Of a stretch of DNA of 64,000 nucleotides, positions 1 through 14,516 are shown in pieces. The translations under genes were made by a program, and so were the position numbers. The notes under the pieces were generated by a model that was not told where the DNA came from, did not search any database, and saw nothing but the letters and a program-made list of their open reading frames with translations. Position 1 is the stretch's first letter. Each line of letters begins with the position of its first letter. The stretch spans positions 39,990,001 to 40,054,000 of the forward strand of contig OX597840.1 in assembly GCA_951406725.2 (NCBI GenBank), in the 5' to 3' direction. This DNA is from Octopus vulgaris (taxonomy: Eukaryota).

Positions 1-324
1 TAATTCAATAAAATTTCATTATTAGATTTGACAGAATTTACCGAGAACTAAGTGGTATGTTGGATATTATTTGACATGGTTTACGCTCCATTCGTATTAT
101 TTAAGTCAAAACTTCCCTTTGTAAATTAACGTTGTGATTTTCTGGGCATATAAACGTTATGTATAAGTTTTGGGCATATATACCTATATATCTATGTCTC
201 TGTATATGCTTCTGTAAGCGTATATGTATATGTATGTGTGGGGTGTAGCTTTTATGTGCGCATGCGTATGCGAGTATATGCGTATATATATGTTATGTGT
301 GCATCGGTATGTATATATGTATAT

Positions 325-372
<48 letters not shown>

Positions 373-420
373 ATGTATGTGTGTGTGTGTATGTGTGTAT
401 GTGTGTGTGTGTGTATGCTT

Positions 421-616
421 TTATTCGTTTCTGTAATTTGACTGCGGCCATGCTGGAGCATCGCATTTAGTCGAACAAATCGACCCCAGGGCTTATATAT
501 TGTAAGCCTAGTATTTATTATTTCAGTTACTTTTGCCGAACCGCTAAGTTACGGGGACATAAACACACCAGCATCGGTTTTTCAAGCGATGTTGGGGGGA
601 CAAACACAAACACACA

Positions 617-674
<58 letters not shown>

Positions 675-894
675 GGTGCCCCACCATGGCCACAGCTCAT
701 TAGCTGAAACTGGAAAAATCAAAAAATCAAAATCAAAATCAAATATATATATGTATATATATATACGACGGACTTCTTTCAATTTCCGTCTCCCAAATCC
801 ATAGGCTATAGTAGAAGACACATGGCCACGGTGCCACGCAGCAGGACTGAACCCGGAACCATGTACTTGGTAAGCAAGCTACTTACTCCTGCGC

Positions 895-895
<1 letters not shown>
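421..895 (-). mobile_element. tRNA-derived SINE, family A, with internal (CA)/(TA)n tract
   Basis: Minus-strand head GGCGCAGGAGT...GGTAAGTAGCTTGC-like with B-box-like GGTTCAGTCC; tail GCTCCAGCATGGCCGCAGTCAAAT; matches copies at 6372-6806, 41258-41620 and 48237. Confidence 0.85.
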
Positions 896-964
<69 letters not shown>

Positions 965-972
<8 letters not shown>

Positions 973-1150
973 GTGGAGAAACAGACAGGAAGAAAACAAT
1001 GTAAGGACGTACCACATGCAAAGTATTAATAAGACACTCAAAGACAGAAAAGAGTGGTCGTTTTACGTTTCGAGCATAGCTCTTCTTCAGAATCAGGAAA
1101 CATAGGAAAGTCCAAAGGAAAAGGGATAAGGAGGGCTAAAATTCACCACC
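965..1150 (-). mobile_element. Penelope-like terminal fragment with minimal hammerhead motif (1060-1094)
   Basis: Minus strand CTGAAGA-A-GAGC-TAT-GCTC-GAA-ACGT-A; related to 38695-38840. Confidence 0.6.
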
Positions 1151-1658
1151 AGTCCACTTGTAGTTATATTTTCTGAATGACCCGAAGTAGAAGGACAAAG
1201 ATAATGTGTTTTCTGAGACAAGAGAGTGTGAAGAATGGTTGATATCTGTGTGTATGTGGTGGCATGCGTGTATGTGTGTATGTGGTGGCATGTGTGTGTA
1301 TATGTGTGATAGTGTGCGTGAGTATGGTAGTGTGTCTCTGTGTGTGTGTGGCAGTAACTGAGTGTGTGTGTGCGCGTGGTGTAGTGTGTACGTGTGGTAG
1401 TATCTATGTGCGTGTGTGTTTATTTCTGCATGTGTATGAATACTTCTTTCTGTGAATGCAGACATGCTTATATAGATATATGTCTATATGTGTGTCTATT
1501 TTTGTATGTGCATGTATGTATGAGCATATGAATACGTATGTGAGTCTGCGCGTTCTCTATGTGTATATGTAAGTGCGTGTGAGAGTGTGTGAGTGCGTGC
1601 CAGTGTGTGAGTGCATGTGTGCGTGTGCTTGTGTGTGTGTATGTGTGTGTGCGTGCAT

Positions 1659-2157
<499 letters not shown>

Positions 2158-3208
2158 TGTGTGTGTGTGTATGTATGTATGAATGTATGTATATTCCGCA
2201 TCCTGTATATATATTTTTTCATGATTAATAACGTACACATATATAAATATATATATATGGAGGCGGTTGTAGATGTGTGTGTGTGTGTGTGCAAGTATCT
2301 TTGTGTAAGTGTATGCGTGTATATGTGGGGATATGCTACTAAATGTATTTAGCTTTGCATACGTTCGTGTGTGCATGCATTTGTGTGTATATGGTTACGA
2401 GTATACATGCTTGTTTGTGTTAAAGTATGTTTCATCTGTGCGTGTATGCGTGTGTGTGAGAGAGGCACACAGAGAGACACAAAGAGAGAGAGAGAGATAA
2501 AGACAGAGAGAAAAAGACAGATAGACACAGAGACACACACAGAATACGTACGCACGCGTGCATACTTGTAACATCGTTCTGCAAACCGTCACACTTCATT
2601 TACATAATTAGTGATATGCGATTTGTGAAGCGTCATTCCGATTAGATTCAGAATCGGAAAATCGAGACATTTTGTCCCACATTCACCTTCGCCCCGCTCT
2701 GTATCAACAAGATATAGATATGCAAGGATTTCAGTCCGTTAATCAATAACTGTTAGTGCAGCGCTAAAGGCAACCTTCGCAATTGCATTAGATGACACAT
2801 ACCCTCATATCTAATTCATAATGAGCATTCCAAAAGTAGTAAATATCTCACAAAACTCACCTGCCTCCGACTTTTAAATCCAAACTATTTAGCAATCCTG
2901 ATTTGTACAGGTGGTGTTCAAAAGTGCTTAGTATACTTCCAGAAGCTAGTGAAACCCAGCGAAGAGGAGCACATGCTCGAATTCTTAAAGACAATTTTCC
3001 TGAGCGTCACCTAAAGCACGCTGTTTATTTTTTACATCATCATCGTAATTATACAAAATATTATTATGTAGCAATTTGCACGTCCAATCCGTATATACAT
3101 TGGTTTCTAATTTATGGACAAGTAGCTTTGATAGGAGTGGGTAAATCCCTACCATCGGCTGTGCTATTTATCTGCTATTTTATATGATGATCCTTAAAAG
3201 CATGATGT

Positions 3209-3678
3209 GAAGGCGCAATGGCCCACTGGTTAGGGCAGTGGACTAGCGGTTGAAGGATCCCGGTTTCAATTGTGTGTGTTTATTGAGCGAAAACACCTAA
3301 AGCTCCACGATGCTCCGGCACGGGGCGGTGGCGACCCTGCTGTACTCTTTCTCCCCAACTTTCTCTCACTCTTTCATCCTTAAAAGTATGATGTGGAGGC
3401 GAAATGGTCCAGTGGTTAGGGCAGCGGACTAGCAGTCGGAGGATCGCGGTTTCAATTCCCAGACCTAAAGCTCCACGATGCTCCGGCAGGGGGTGGTAGT
3501 GACCCCTGCTGTACTATTTCACCCCAACTTTCTCTCACTCTTTCTTCTTGTTTCTTGAGTAACGCAACGATGGACTGGCGTCCCGTCCAGCTGGGGGGAA
3601 CACATACACCATAGAAACCGGGAAACGGGGCCCATGAGCCTGTCTAGGCTTGAAAAGGCCGCATAAGTAAATAATAAA
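3209..3678 (+). mobile_element. SINE family C: partial plus full copy in tandem, V-domain-like tail
   Basis: Head GGCGCAATGGCCCAGTGGTTAGGGCAGCGGAC...GGTTTCAATTCC occurs twice, each preceded by TCCTTAAAAGYATGATGTG; tail CGATGGACTGGCGTCCCGTCCAG. Confidence 0.8.
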
Positions 3679-4282
3679 TTTTATATGATCTTTAGTGGGA
3701 GGGGTTAACGCAAAATTTGACGCCCGTAGGGCATGAACTCAGAGCGTATGAGTTGAAAACAATACCGCAAATCTTCCAGCTCGCAGCCCTGAATCTGTAT
3801 ATATCAATACTTAAGAGAAATACAATTTTATGAAATCTCAGCATTTTGAAAAACATCCTGAAAACATACGTTGACTATTTTCAGCTGATCAGGAAGTATG
3901 TACTGATTCACTCAGCAGTTTGAAACATTCTCTCTCTCTCTCTCTCTCTCCCCCTCCCTCCCCTCTCTCTCTCACTATCTATCTACCTATGTATCTATCT
4001 ATCTACCTCTATTTATCTATCTCTCTGTTTTCTCTATTTTTCTCTCCCACTCTCTTTATCTGCCTTTCTACCTATTTATCTAATCACCTACCTTTCTATC
4101 TGCCTATCTATTTATCTCTCTCTTTATCTATCTATCATTCTATGTATGTATGTATGTATATTCCGCATCGTGTATATATATATTTTTTCATGAATATCAA
4201 CGTTGTCATATATATATATATATATATATATCTATTTATCTATGTACGTCTTTAAGTATGTATATAAGTATACACGTATCTA

Positions 4283-4354
<72 letters not shown>

Positions 4355-4423
4355 GGAGTAAACACATAAATGTGAAACAAGGTGGAAAAAAGAGTACTCA
4401 AATACCAGTGGTAGAGTAATATG

Positions 4424-4484
4424 CTTTATTTTAAGCAGCAGAAAATTCAACAAATTTGTTGAATTTTCTGCTGCTTAAAATAAA

Positions 4485-4485
<1 letters not shown>
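4424..4485. repeat. Perfect 62-bp spacerless palindrome
   Basis: CTTTATTTTAAGCAGCAGAAAATTCAACAAA is followed directly by its exact reverse complement. Confidence 0.95.
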
Positions 4486-4547
<62 letters not shown>

Positions 4548-5231
4548 TATATATATGTATGTATGCATGTATTTATCTATCTATCTCTTTCTCTCGTTAG
4601 TAAGTAACAGAAAGAAGTCAGACAACCTATAGCATTCCATTTGAAAAGTTAAACCTCTCAGCAAAATTTCAGCTGCCGAGGTGTAAATCTGTAGCTACAG
4701 CTTGAAACAGACAGACAGGCCAGCAGGTAGGCAGGCAGGCAGACACATCCATAACATTCTATGAATATGTTTTGAGCTTTACAACCGAGTTGATGCCAAA
4801 TATAGAAGGATTACGAGTGCAGAAAATGCGAAAAAAAAACAAATTAAACATTATACATGTTTCTAAACAATCTTTTGGCTAAGCAAGACGACTTTATACG
4901 CATTCACAAATAAAATATCTTGTTGTATAATTCAATTAAAATGCAGCGAGCGAGCGGAATCGTCAGGGCGTCGAACAAAATGCTTTGCGGCAATTCGTCC
5001 TATTCTTTAAATACTGATTCCAGATCACACCGAGGTTGAATGTGGCTTTCTTTCCCATGGACTCAATGAAATAAAATACCAGAAAATAGGTGAAATCGAT
5101 GTAATCCATTAATCCCTTCTTTCTAAAATCTATTCAATTACACTAATCCCTCGACTATCGCAGGTGTGACCTTCCAGAACCCTCCGCGATAGGGGAACAT
5201 CTGCAAAGTAGAAACAGTATTGTATATTTAT

Positions 5232-5372
5232 TTTTGTGGTGCCTGGGGAGAGTCATTTTCTTTTTGTGCTTTATTATTTAACACACACACCGGTAAAATT
5301 TCCACTTATCTCTTATTTTCATTTCCCTAAAATGTTCGTTGAGTCTTGCAACCTTTTCAATAGTCTTGACTC
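5232..5372 (-). mobile_element. Repeat family F copy (Penelope-like terminus, hammerhead-like)
   Basis: Homologous to both arms of 30594-30851 and to 47264-47395. Confidence 0.65.
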
Positions 5373-5446
5373 TGTCCGTTATTTACACTGCGTTCCTCTT
5401 TGTTTGTTTGTGCGCATGTGTGTGGGTCAGTGTGTGTTTGTGTGCA

Positions 5447-5478
<32 letters not shown>

Positions 5479-6371
5479 CGTGCGTGCCTATGCATACATG
5501 CATGTACGTATGTATGTATTTATGTTTGTATTTATGCATGTGTATGTATGTATGTATGTATGTACGTATGTATGTCATTATCGTTGAAATAGGTGGTATT
5601 TAGTGTTATCTAATTGGCGTTATGTGTTCAAATCGTATCATGGTTGATTATACATTTCACCCTTCTGGGGACCGACAAAATAAAACACCTATAGGAAAAG
5701 GGAGAGAGGGGGAGAGGGAGAGGGAGAGAAAGAGTTTATACCTCGCCGCTCAATCTGCCAAAAAAAAGCAGCCATATTTGTCTTCAAAGTCACATAATGA
5801 TACATTGATAATGTAGACCAAACGGATTAACACGCCTGGGAGCTAAACAGCACAAATAGATAAGAAATAATCAAGAGCAGGGATTAACTAAGCCCCTATC
5901 ACAGAACATGTAGCATCATCACTTCTTTGTCTCTTGTATTACATGTGAATGGTTTCAAAACGACAATATGGCGGTTTCGGCTCCGTTTACCTTTGCCCCA
6001 CGCTTGAACCGATATCTGTATTTCTCTCAGAATTGTATTTCTTTATTAACTGTATTTATTGTTAATTATCTAACCGTCTTATTTTTTGTTGTTAATTGTA
6101 TTTCATCGTTAACTATTTCTTTTGTAAAAACTATTTCGTTAATTTCGATAATAATGGTATTTCGTTGATAAATATGTTTCGATCTTAATTTCTTTGCATT
6201 GTTAAATATATTGCTTTTATCAACTTCATTTCATTGTTAGATACAATTCTTTTGTTAATCATATTTCGTTGTTAAATATATCGATTTTTTAAAATCGTAT
6301 TTGCTTCTGAATTGCACTGCATTATTAAATATATCTTTGTTAATTGTATTTCGTTTGTTAATTGTATTTAC

Positions 6372-6569
6372 TTACTCTTTTACTCTTTTATTTGTTTCAG
6401 TCATTTGACTGCGGTCATACTGGAGCACCGCCTTTAGTCGAGCAAATCGACACGAGGACTTATTCTTTTGAAGCGTAGTACTTATTCTATCGGTCTCTTT
6501 TGACGAACCTCTAAGTTACGGAGATGTAAACACACCAGTATCAGTTGTCAAGCGATGTTGCGGGTACAA

Positions 6570-6653
<84 letters not shown>

Positions 6654-6806
6654 GACGGGCTTCTTTTCAGTTTCCGTCTACCAAATCCACTCACAAGGCT
6701 TTGGTCGGCCCGAAGGTATAGTAGAAGACACTTGCCCAAGGTGCCACGCAGTGGGACTGAACCCAGAACCATGTGGTCGGTAAGCAAGTTTCTTATCACA
6801 CAGCCA
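6372..6806 (-). mobile_element. SINE family A, near full length, internal (TA)n
   Basis: Head with B-box GGTTCAGTCCC, core GGCACCTTGGGCAAGTGTC, tail with AAGAGTA repeats. Confidence 0.9.
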
Positions 6807-7629
6807 ATTTTATTAATTACATTTCATTGCAAAGTAAATTACTTTTATTAATCTGTTTAGATTTCATCTTATATATATATTTTTTTTTTTTTGCTAATTG
6901 CAATTTCTTGTAAATTATATTTCTTGTCTCAAATGAATTTCGATGAAAATTGTATTTCGCTGTTAATCATAACCATTTTCTTAATTATATTTGTTATTAA
7001 TATTTTTTCACTGTTAAATATATTTCGTGACTTAATTGTATTTCGTTGTCGTTTTTTTTTTTTTTGTTAAACGTATTTCGTTGTTCATAGCATTTTGTGG
7101 TTAATTATAATTCATCGTTAACTGAATTTCAGTTTTATTTATCTCACTTTTGTTAATAACATTTTATGTCAATTGTATTTGTTAGGAAATTCTTTTTCTT
7201 CTAAACTGTTTTCAAACCAACAACCAGCATGTGTTCGGCAGCGGAATTAATCTATCAAACCACCAGTTGACAGCCAAATACTATCCGTACACAGAGATAG
7301 ACATTAAATTCATAATTTAGAAGAATATCGCCTTTTTATACGGGAAATATTGTATCACTTTGTATAAAATATTTTTTCGTTTTCCAACGGGGTAACGCCA
7401 TTGTAGGGTGGTGAGAGCGGAGTGCTATGCTGAAAGTAAAGCTAGGTTAGGAGGAATGAACAGGTGAAGGGAAGTGATACTTGAGAAGTTAGGAATTGGC
7501 GATGGGGAAACCAGAAGCTAAGAACGAAAGATGGCAGGATTGAACAATGAAGAAGAAACGTTGGAAAATGTAGAAAAATAATAAATTTTAAAATGACGAG
7601 AAGCTGAAGGAGTGTGAAAGGGTCAAATA

Positions 7630-8033
7630 TATTCTTTTCTACCCTAGGTACAAAGCCCGAAATTTATGGGGAGGGGGCCAGTCGATTAGATCGACCCCAG
7701 GGGACGCAACTGGTACTTAATTTATCGACCCCGAAAGATTGAAAGGCAAAGTCGACCTCGGCGAATTTTGAACTCAGAACGTAGCAAAAGACGGAATACC
7801 TATTTCTTTACTACCCACAAGGGGCTAAACATAGAGGGGACAAACAAGGACAAACAAAGGGATTAAGTCGATTATATCGACCCCAGTGCGTAACTGGTAC
7901 TTATTTAATCGACCCCGAAAGGATGAAAGGCAAAGTCGACCTCGGCGGAATTTGAACTCAGAACGTAAAGACAGACGATATACTGTTAAGCATTTCGCCC
8001 GGAGTGCTAACGTTTCTGCCAGCCCGCTGCCTT
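7630..8033 (-). mobile_element. SINE family B composite: head-body-tail1-body-tail2
   Basis: Two bodies (GAGTTCAAA..GAGGTCGACTTTGCCTTTCA); the first ends in TAGTAAAGAAATA, the second in the alternative tail CCCCATAAATTTCGGGCTTTGTACCTAGGGTAGAAAAGAAT. Confidence 0.85.
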
Positions 8034-8277
8034 AATGATCTAATATATTACATGATCAGTGAACAGGGAGAAGCTCTTTGAGAATCTTCGTTTGAAAATC
8101 CCAGAAAGTAAATTTTTCTTTTTAAATTTTCAAAAGTTCAAAATTTCCAACGATTTTTTTTTTTTTTTGCTGAGATGCACCAACAATTTACACTTTTAAT
8201 TGAGACGAGAAGTATTTGGAGTTCTTTGGTGAGAATAAAATCATTATTCCTATGTTCAATATATAACACTGCATAAG

Positions 8278-8491
8278 TCGCCGACCTGGTAGAAATGATA
8301 GAACGCCGGGCGAAATGCTTAGCGATATTTCGTCTGTCTTTATGTTCTGATTTCAAATTCCGCTGAGGTTGACTTTGCTTTCATCCTTTCGCGGTCGATA
8401 ATTTATGTGCCTGTTGCGTATTGGTGTCGATGTAATCGACTGGCCCCATTCCCCAAAAATTTCGGGCGTTGTGTCTTGAATAGAAAAGAAT
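8278..8491 (+). mobile_element. SINE family B (tail-2 variant)
   Basis: CGCCGGGCGAAATGCTTAGC...CATCCTTTCGCGGTCGATAA...AATTTCGGGC...TAGAAAAGAAT. Confidence 0.8.
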
Positions 8492-8541
8492 GTATAACTT
8501 TGCATACATAATGGAATCCACGTAAAGTTTAATATCGTATA

Positions 8542-9330
8542 CTAGCAGTATAGCCCGGCGTTGCTTGACTTTGTTTTTTATTTGCGCTTAAAATGGCAGA
8601 CTTTGATGTCGCGTTTACAAAGTTTTGACATAGTTTCAATCTATGAATAAAAGTAGTGTGGCGATGCTCGATTTTGCTCTCAATGTGCATTAGATCAACT
8701 GATCCGTCGTACGCTCAAAATCAATGACATCACAGAAAAACTCTTTTCGACCCTTTAGAATTGGAATTTTTGAAAAGTAAAAAATTGTGCATTATGTAGC
8801 TTGTTATTCTCTTTAATTGAACATTTTTCTGGTTGAAATACACCGAAAAATGGCAACAGAGCAGTCAAGAAATCGTAAAAATAGGGATTTTCATAGAAAA
8901 AAAGCACCTTTTTTATGTAAATAAATTTTACTCTTAACATGGTCTGATTTGAATTTTTTCTTCTACGGAATAAAGAGCAAACCTTCTTCTATCATACTCT
9001 CAATTTTGGTCAACTTGCACCGCAGGGTCTCGGAGGAGATAGTGTTAGTTGAAAGCTATCAAACCTGCCACACACAGACAACTTCAGCTTTATAAATCGT
9101 AAAAAATAGGGATTTTCATAGAAAAAAAAGCACCTTTTTGATGTAAATAATTTTTGGTGTTAACATGGTCCGATTTGAATTTTTTCTTCTACGAAAGGAA
9201 GAGCAAGCCTTCTTCTATCAGAATTTCAATTTTGGTCAACTTGCACCGTGGTGTCTCGGAGGAGATAGTGTTAGTTGAAAGCTATCAAACCTGCCACACG
9301 CAGACAACTTCAGCTTTATTTATCGTATAT
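8542..9330 (-). mobile_element. Non-autonomous Helitron-like element (family D) with duplicated 5' segment
   Basis: Minus-strand 3' end is hairpin ...GCAACGCCGGG + 8 nt + CTAG|T; body matches 54767-55151; about 8870-9095 is repeated at about 9095-9325. Confidence 0.7.
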
Positions 9331-10234
9331 TATACTTACGAAAAGTTATTTGCGTCTTCTTTTTGTTTCATCGTTGTTGTTTTTCTTTTTTCTACTTACA
9401 TCTCTTTCATCGTTTTTCGCGGCTCGGGTGTTGAAATCGACTCTAATCCATCTCATTTATTTTTTCTTAGTACTCTACGGAACCACCTATCTTTTAAAAC
9501 ACACTCACTGCTTCTTATGTTTATTTTTATTCCCTCTTATCTCCTATATTAATCTACAATATGAAGCACAGAGCGAACGTTCGCGTTAGAGATAAGTATT
9601 CTTGGCAATATTGTTATTTCCATTTTTTTCGTCATTATCTGCAAACGCACGTTTCGATATCTTTCGATCTGATCGGTAGAACTCATGGACAATTAGATTT
9701 TTGTCAATTATATTCTTTTGTTAATTAAATTTCATCGTTACTTTTATTTCTCATTATTTCGCAGTTTAATTACATTTCATTTGTTATTGTACTTTGTTGC
9801 TAATTATATTTCGCTTTTAATTGCTTTTTCTAGTTAATTTTACTACAGCGTCATTCTATTAACTTGTTTATTTATATATCTTATTAATTTCATTTTGTTG
9901 TTAATAGTATTTTCTTGTTAATTGCATTTCTGCCTTAATTATATTTCATTGTTAATTACTTTTCGTAGTTAATTGTATTTCCTTGTTTAACTATATTTCC
10001 TTGTTAATTGTATTTCATTGTTAATTGTATTGTTAATATCTCCTAATTATATTTCATTTTGTTACGCCGCAACCGAACACTTCGTTTCAATACAAAGCCA
10101 TTAAAATTAAATAAGCTTGCCATGAGATATGAAACAAACTCTCCCGCTTAACAACAGAATAATACAAGATAGAAAATGCGCGCTCACAAAACAAACCATT
10201 GACGCTATTGTGTTCGTTATTTAACCCAGGGTAA

Positions 10235-10528
10235 CGTGGTGAGCTGGTGGAATTGGTTAAAATGGTTAGCGGTATTTCTTCGAGATGTTTACCTTCTGAG
10301 TTTTAAATTCCGCTGAAGTGAAATTTGCCTTTCGCCCTTTCTGGATCGATAAAATAGCAGAACTCGAGTACTAAGATCGACATCTTCATCCCCAACAAAA
10401 TTTCAGGATTTGTACCTATTGTAGAAATAATTATTCAACCCCAGGAGGGCAGCGAGTTCTCAGAATTATTATCGTGCCACACAGAAAGATTAGATTCGTC
10501 CGTCTTTATGTTCTGAGTTCAAATTCCG
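10235..10528 (+). mobile_element. Two degenerate SINE B copies
   Basis: GAGCTGGTGGAAT...TTCTGAGTTTTAAATTCCGC and a second head ending TTCTGAGTTCAAATTCCG. Confidence 0.65.
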
Positions 10529-11108
10529 AGTATACCTGTGAAGACAGTCAAAAGAAGCATTTGACCCAGACTGCCTTCTTCAAACTGTTAAACATGGAGG
10601 AGGATCTGTGATGATTTGGGGGTGGGCTATATCTTGGAAATCCGCCCTTCATGGCAGAATTAATAGTCAAGATCATTGAAGCATTTTATTTGATCAAATT
10701 TATTCTATGGTCGCGGAACTGTTTCCGAAGGGAAATGCAATCGCTCAGGATGATAATGCACCAGTTCACACAGCTAAAGTTGTTACTGAATGGTACGAGG
10801 AATATTCTAGTGAAGTTGAACATCTTATCTAGCCACCACACACCCCAGATCTCAATATTATTGAACATTTATGGTACTTTTTAGAAAAGTACCATAAATG
10901 AGATATCCTACATCATCATCACTACAAGAACCAGAGACTGTCTTAGTTGAAAAATGGACAAAAATTCCTTTGGAAATAATTCAAGCTTTGTACAAGTACA
11001 TACCTCGTAGAATTCAATTTGAAATTGCTTCCAAAGGCGCGCCTACCTCATATTAAATTTTATTTGTTTGAAACATTAAGGTGTTTTCATTACTTTATCT
11101 AATCCCTG
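10529..11108 (+). pseudogene. Tc1-like DDE transposase remnant (3' half) with right TIR
   Basis: Translates with disruptions to TVKHGGGSVMIWG ... QDDNAPVHTAK ... PPHTPDLNIIEHLW ... IPRRI ... KGAPTSY*; ends CCCTG|TA. Confidence 0.9.
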
Positions 11109-11130
11109 TATATGTGTGTATATATATACT

Positions 11131-11187
<57 letters not shown>

Positions 11188-11520
11188 TATATAATTATTA
11201 TTTGAGGGAATAAAATCCAAACTTACAACGAAAAAGAATTCAATTTAGAAATACTATATCAAATTCCACACAATTTAATATATATAAAATATTAGAAAAA
11301 CCACCTGCTTTTTAATTATTATTTCAATTTTAACTTTTCTATTATATGTAATTTTCTAGATGGTGTAATTTAATTATTCATTTTGAATTGATAAAAGGTG
11401 GATTTTCTAATATTTTATATATACATGTTTTTCTAATATTTTATATATACATTATATATATACGTGTGTGTGTGTATATATGTATGTGTGTGTATGCGTG
11501 TTCTTTTTTCTCATTTATCT

Positions 11521-11568
<48 letters not shown>

Positions 11569-12015
11569 TACATACATATATCAAGGACGAGAACATGTTT
11601 AGGGGTTGATAAAATCGGAACTCGCTTAACATTGGGATTTCTGTAATCGACTGGAGCTTTTCCCAAAATTCTTATACCATGTGATTATACTAAAACGAAT
11701 CTGAGATTATCTGTGTTTGTGCGTGTGTGTTTGTGTGTGTGTGTGTATGTTGTGTGGACGTGTGTGCTATATGTTTGAATGTCTTTCTACATATATGGGT
11801 ATTTCGATTTTGGGGTCACGTACTCAACGATAAGCTCTTCGCATTATGAAACGTTCTGTTGCTCACCACATATTATCTTCTGAAGTGTCGTTTAATACTT
11901 CATAATATATGAGGTCTTGTTCAGTCTCAAGTCAAGAAAATGTTTATAAGAAATTTTTACTGATAATGAAAAAACTAGACCATCACTTCACTGTGTCACA
12001 CACACACACACACAT

Positions 12016-12067
<52 letters not shown>

Positions 12068-12091
12068 TTATATCTATGCATATGTATATAC

Positions 12092-12122
<31 letters not shown>

Positions 12123-12302
12123 CGTTTATATACATATATGGATCCGTACCTATGTATATATATATAAAGCATACATACATACATACATACATACACACAC
12201 ACGTATATAAATATATACACACAAAGATATTAATGTAAATTTATTAACAATATAACGTTTATATATGTATATATATAATATATTTATTGACAATATAACG
12301 TG

Positions 12303-12387
<85 letters not shown>

Positions 12388-12476
12388 TATATATATAGAG
12401 AGAGAGAGAGGGAGAGAAAGGGAAAGGGTGAGAGATATCAATGATACAATATAAATATTGAAGTATTTTATTTAAC

Positions 12477-12547
<71 letters not shown>

Positions 12548-12611
12548 ATATCATAGTATATGTGTGTGTTTGTGTGTGTATACATATGTACATATATATA
12601 TATATATATGA

Positions 12612-12643
<32 letters not shown>

Positions 12644-12743
12644 TTGTGTGTGTATACACTGCAATATTACATTTAAATATATTTTTTCTGGCAGAATCCT
12701 AATAAATATATAGACACGCATTAATACTTTTCTTTATAGATAA

Positions 12744-12782
<39 letters not shown>

Positions 12783-12835
12783 CAATCATAAATATCTGAA
12801 CGAGGAATATATATATATATATATATACATACATA

Positions 12836-12978
<143 letters not shown>

Positions 12979-13858
12979 GTATGTACGTGTGTGTATATAA
13001 TCATGTGCCTGCGTGCCTTTGTGTGTGTGTATGTGTGTATGTTTGTGGATGTATGGTATACTTATTGTATGGCTTGTTTCACTAGCTGCCATTCCTCTCC
13101 AACTTTATTACAGTGTACACACAACCTTAACAATCTGTACGTATGGAAAAACGTAATAAATTCACGTTTAACATTATTAAATAGAAGAGAGAGAATGAAA
13201 TCAAGTCATACATAATAAGCCGGAAACAGTCTGAGTTTCCATCCGTTTAGAAGCAAATATTTATGAAGGAACTCGGCTCCGTTAATTGCTTTTCCTTCTA
13301 CTTCTCCCTCTGCCCCTACACCTTCTGACCTCCCCCTCTTATCTCACTCTCTCTGTTTCTCACTACTTTCTTACTCTCTCTCTCTCTCACTATATCTCTA
13401 TTTCTCTTTCTTCAACACTTCATGTCACTCTAGATTTCAATATGGCGATATTTCTTTATATAGATATAGATATATATAGATATATATAAACACACACATA
13501 TACATACGTACATTTATATATATATATAATTCTTTTGCTCTTTTCTGTTTTCTTGCATTCAGATTTTCCCTATCTCTCTTTATGATCTCTGTTTGGCTCT
13601 GTCATTCTATCTTTCTTTCTCTCTCTCTCTCTCTTCTCTTTGTGTCTATCCACATCATTCTCTCTTTTAACCCTCTCTCATTCTTCCATTCCTCTCTTTC
13701 GTCTCGTCACCATTTGTCAACTTAGCCTTTTTTTCCTACTGTAGACTGTTTCGTCTTTCTTTTCTATCTTTCATTCTCTCTTTTCCTACCACCTATCTTT
13801 CTCTCTCCCTCCACCTCTCGCCCCACTCTCTCTCTCTCTGTAACACTCCATTTCTTAG

Positions 13859-13977
13859 TGTCGTCTGCTCATTTCATTTCTACCTGTCGTCTGCTCATTT
13901 CATTTCTACCTGTCGTCTGCTCATTTCATTTCTACCTGTCGTCTGCTCATTCCATTTCTACCTGTCGTCTGCTCATT
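13859..13977. repeat. 26-bp minisatellite, about 4.5 copies
   Basis: Unit TGTCGTCTGCTCATTTCATTTCTACC. Confidence 0.9.
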
Positions 13978-14427
13978 CTTCGTCAAACATACATTCTAAA
14001 ATGTCACCCACAACATCAGCATCTCGCTCTCTTCCATGTCTTCCTTTCAATAACATGCCATCTCTCTTACTCCAATTAAACGATAACGAATCTCCTCTCG
14101 CCGTCTAACTCTCCATCCCTCTCTCAGTAGTTCACACTTTCATTTCTCTCTCTAATTCTCAATCTCTATTTTTCTCTCTCCCCTCCATCTCTGTCTCCCG
14201 TCTCTAAAATTATTTGTATCTCTGCCTCTCGTGTTAATGGCAGTAGCTCACTTTTATATTCCTAACTCGTTCTCTGTAAGCAAAGAGTCAGTTTGTGATT
14301 AAACTCTCCTCTCGCCTTGCAGCTCTCTCTATTCACTTCTCTCTTTCTTTCTTCGGTGCAAGTTTGTACAGCTCATTGTTCTGACCATTTTATACGAAGG
14401 CTCATACATGCATACGCTCACAAGTAC

Positions 14428-14516
<89 letters not shown>

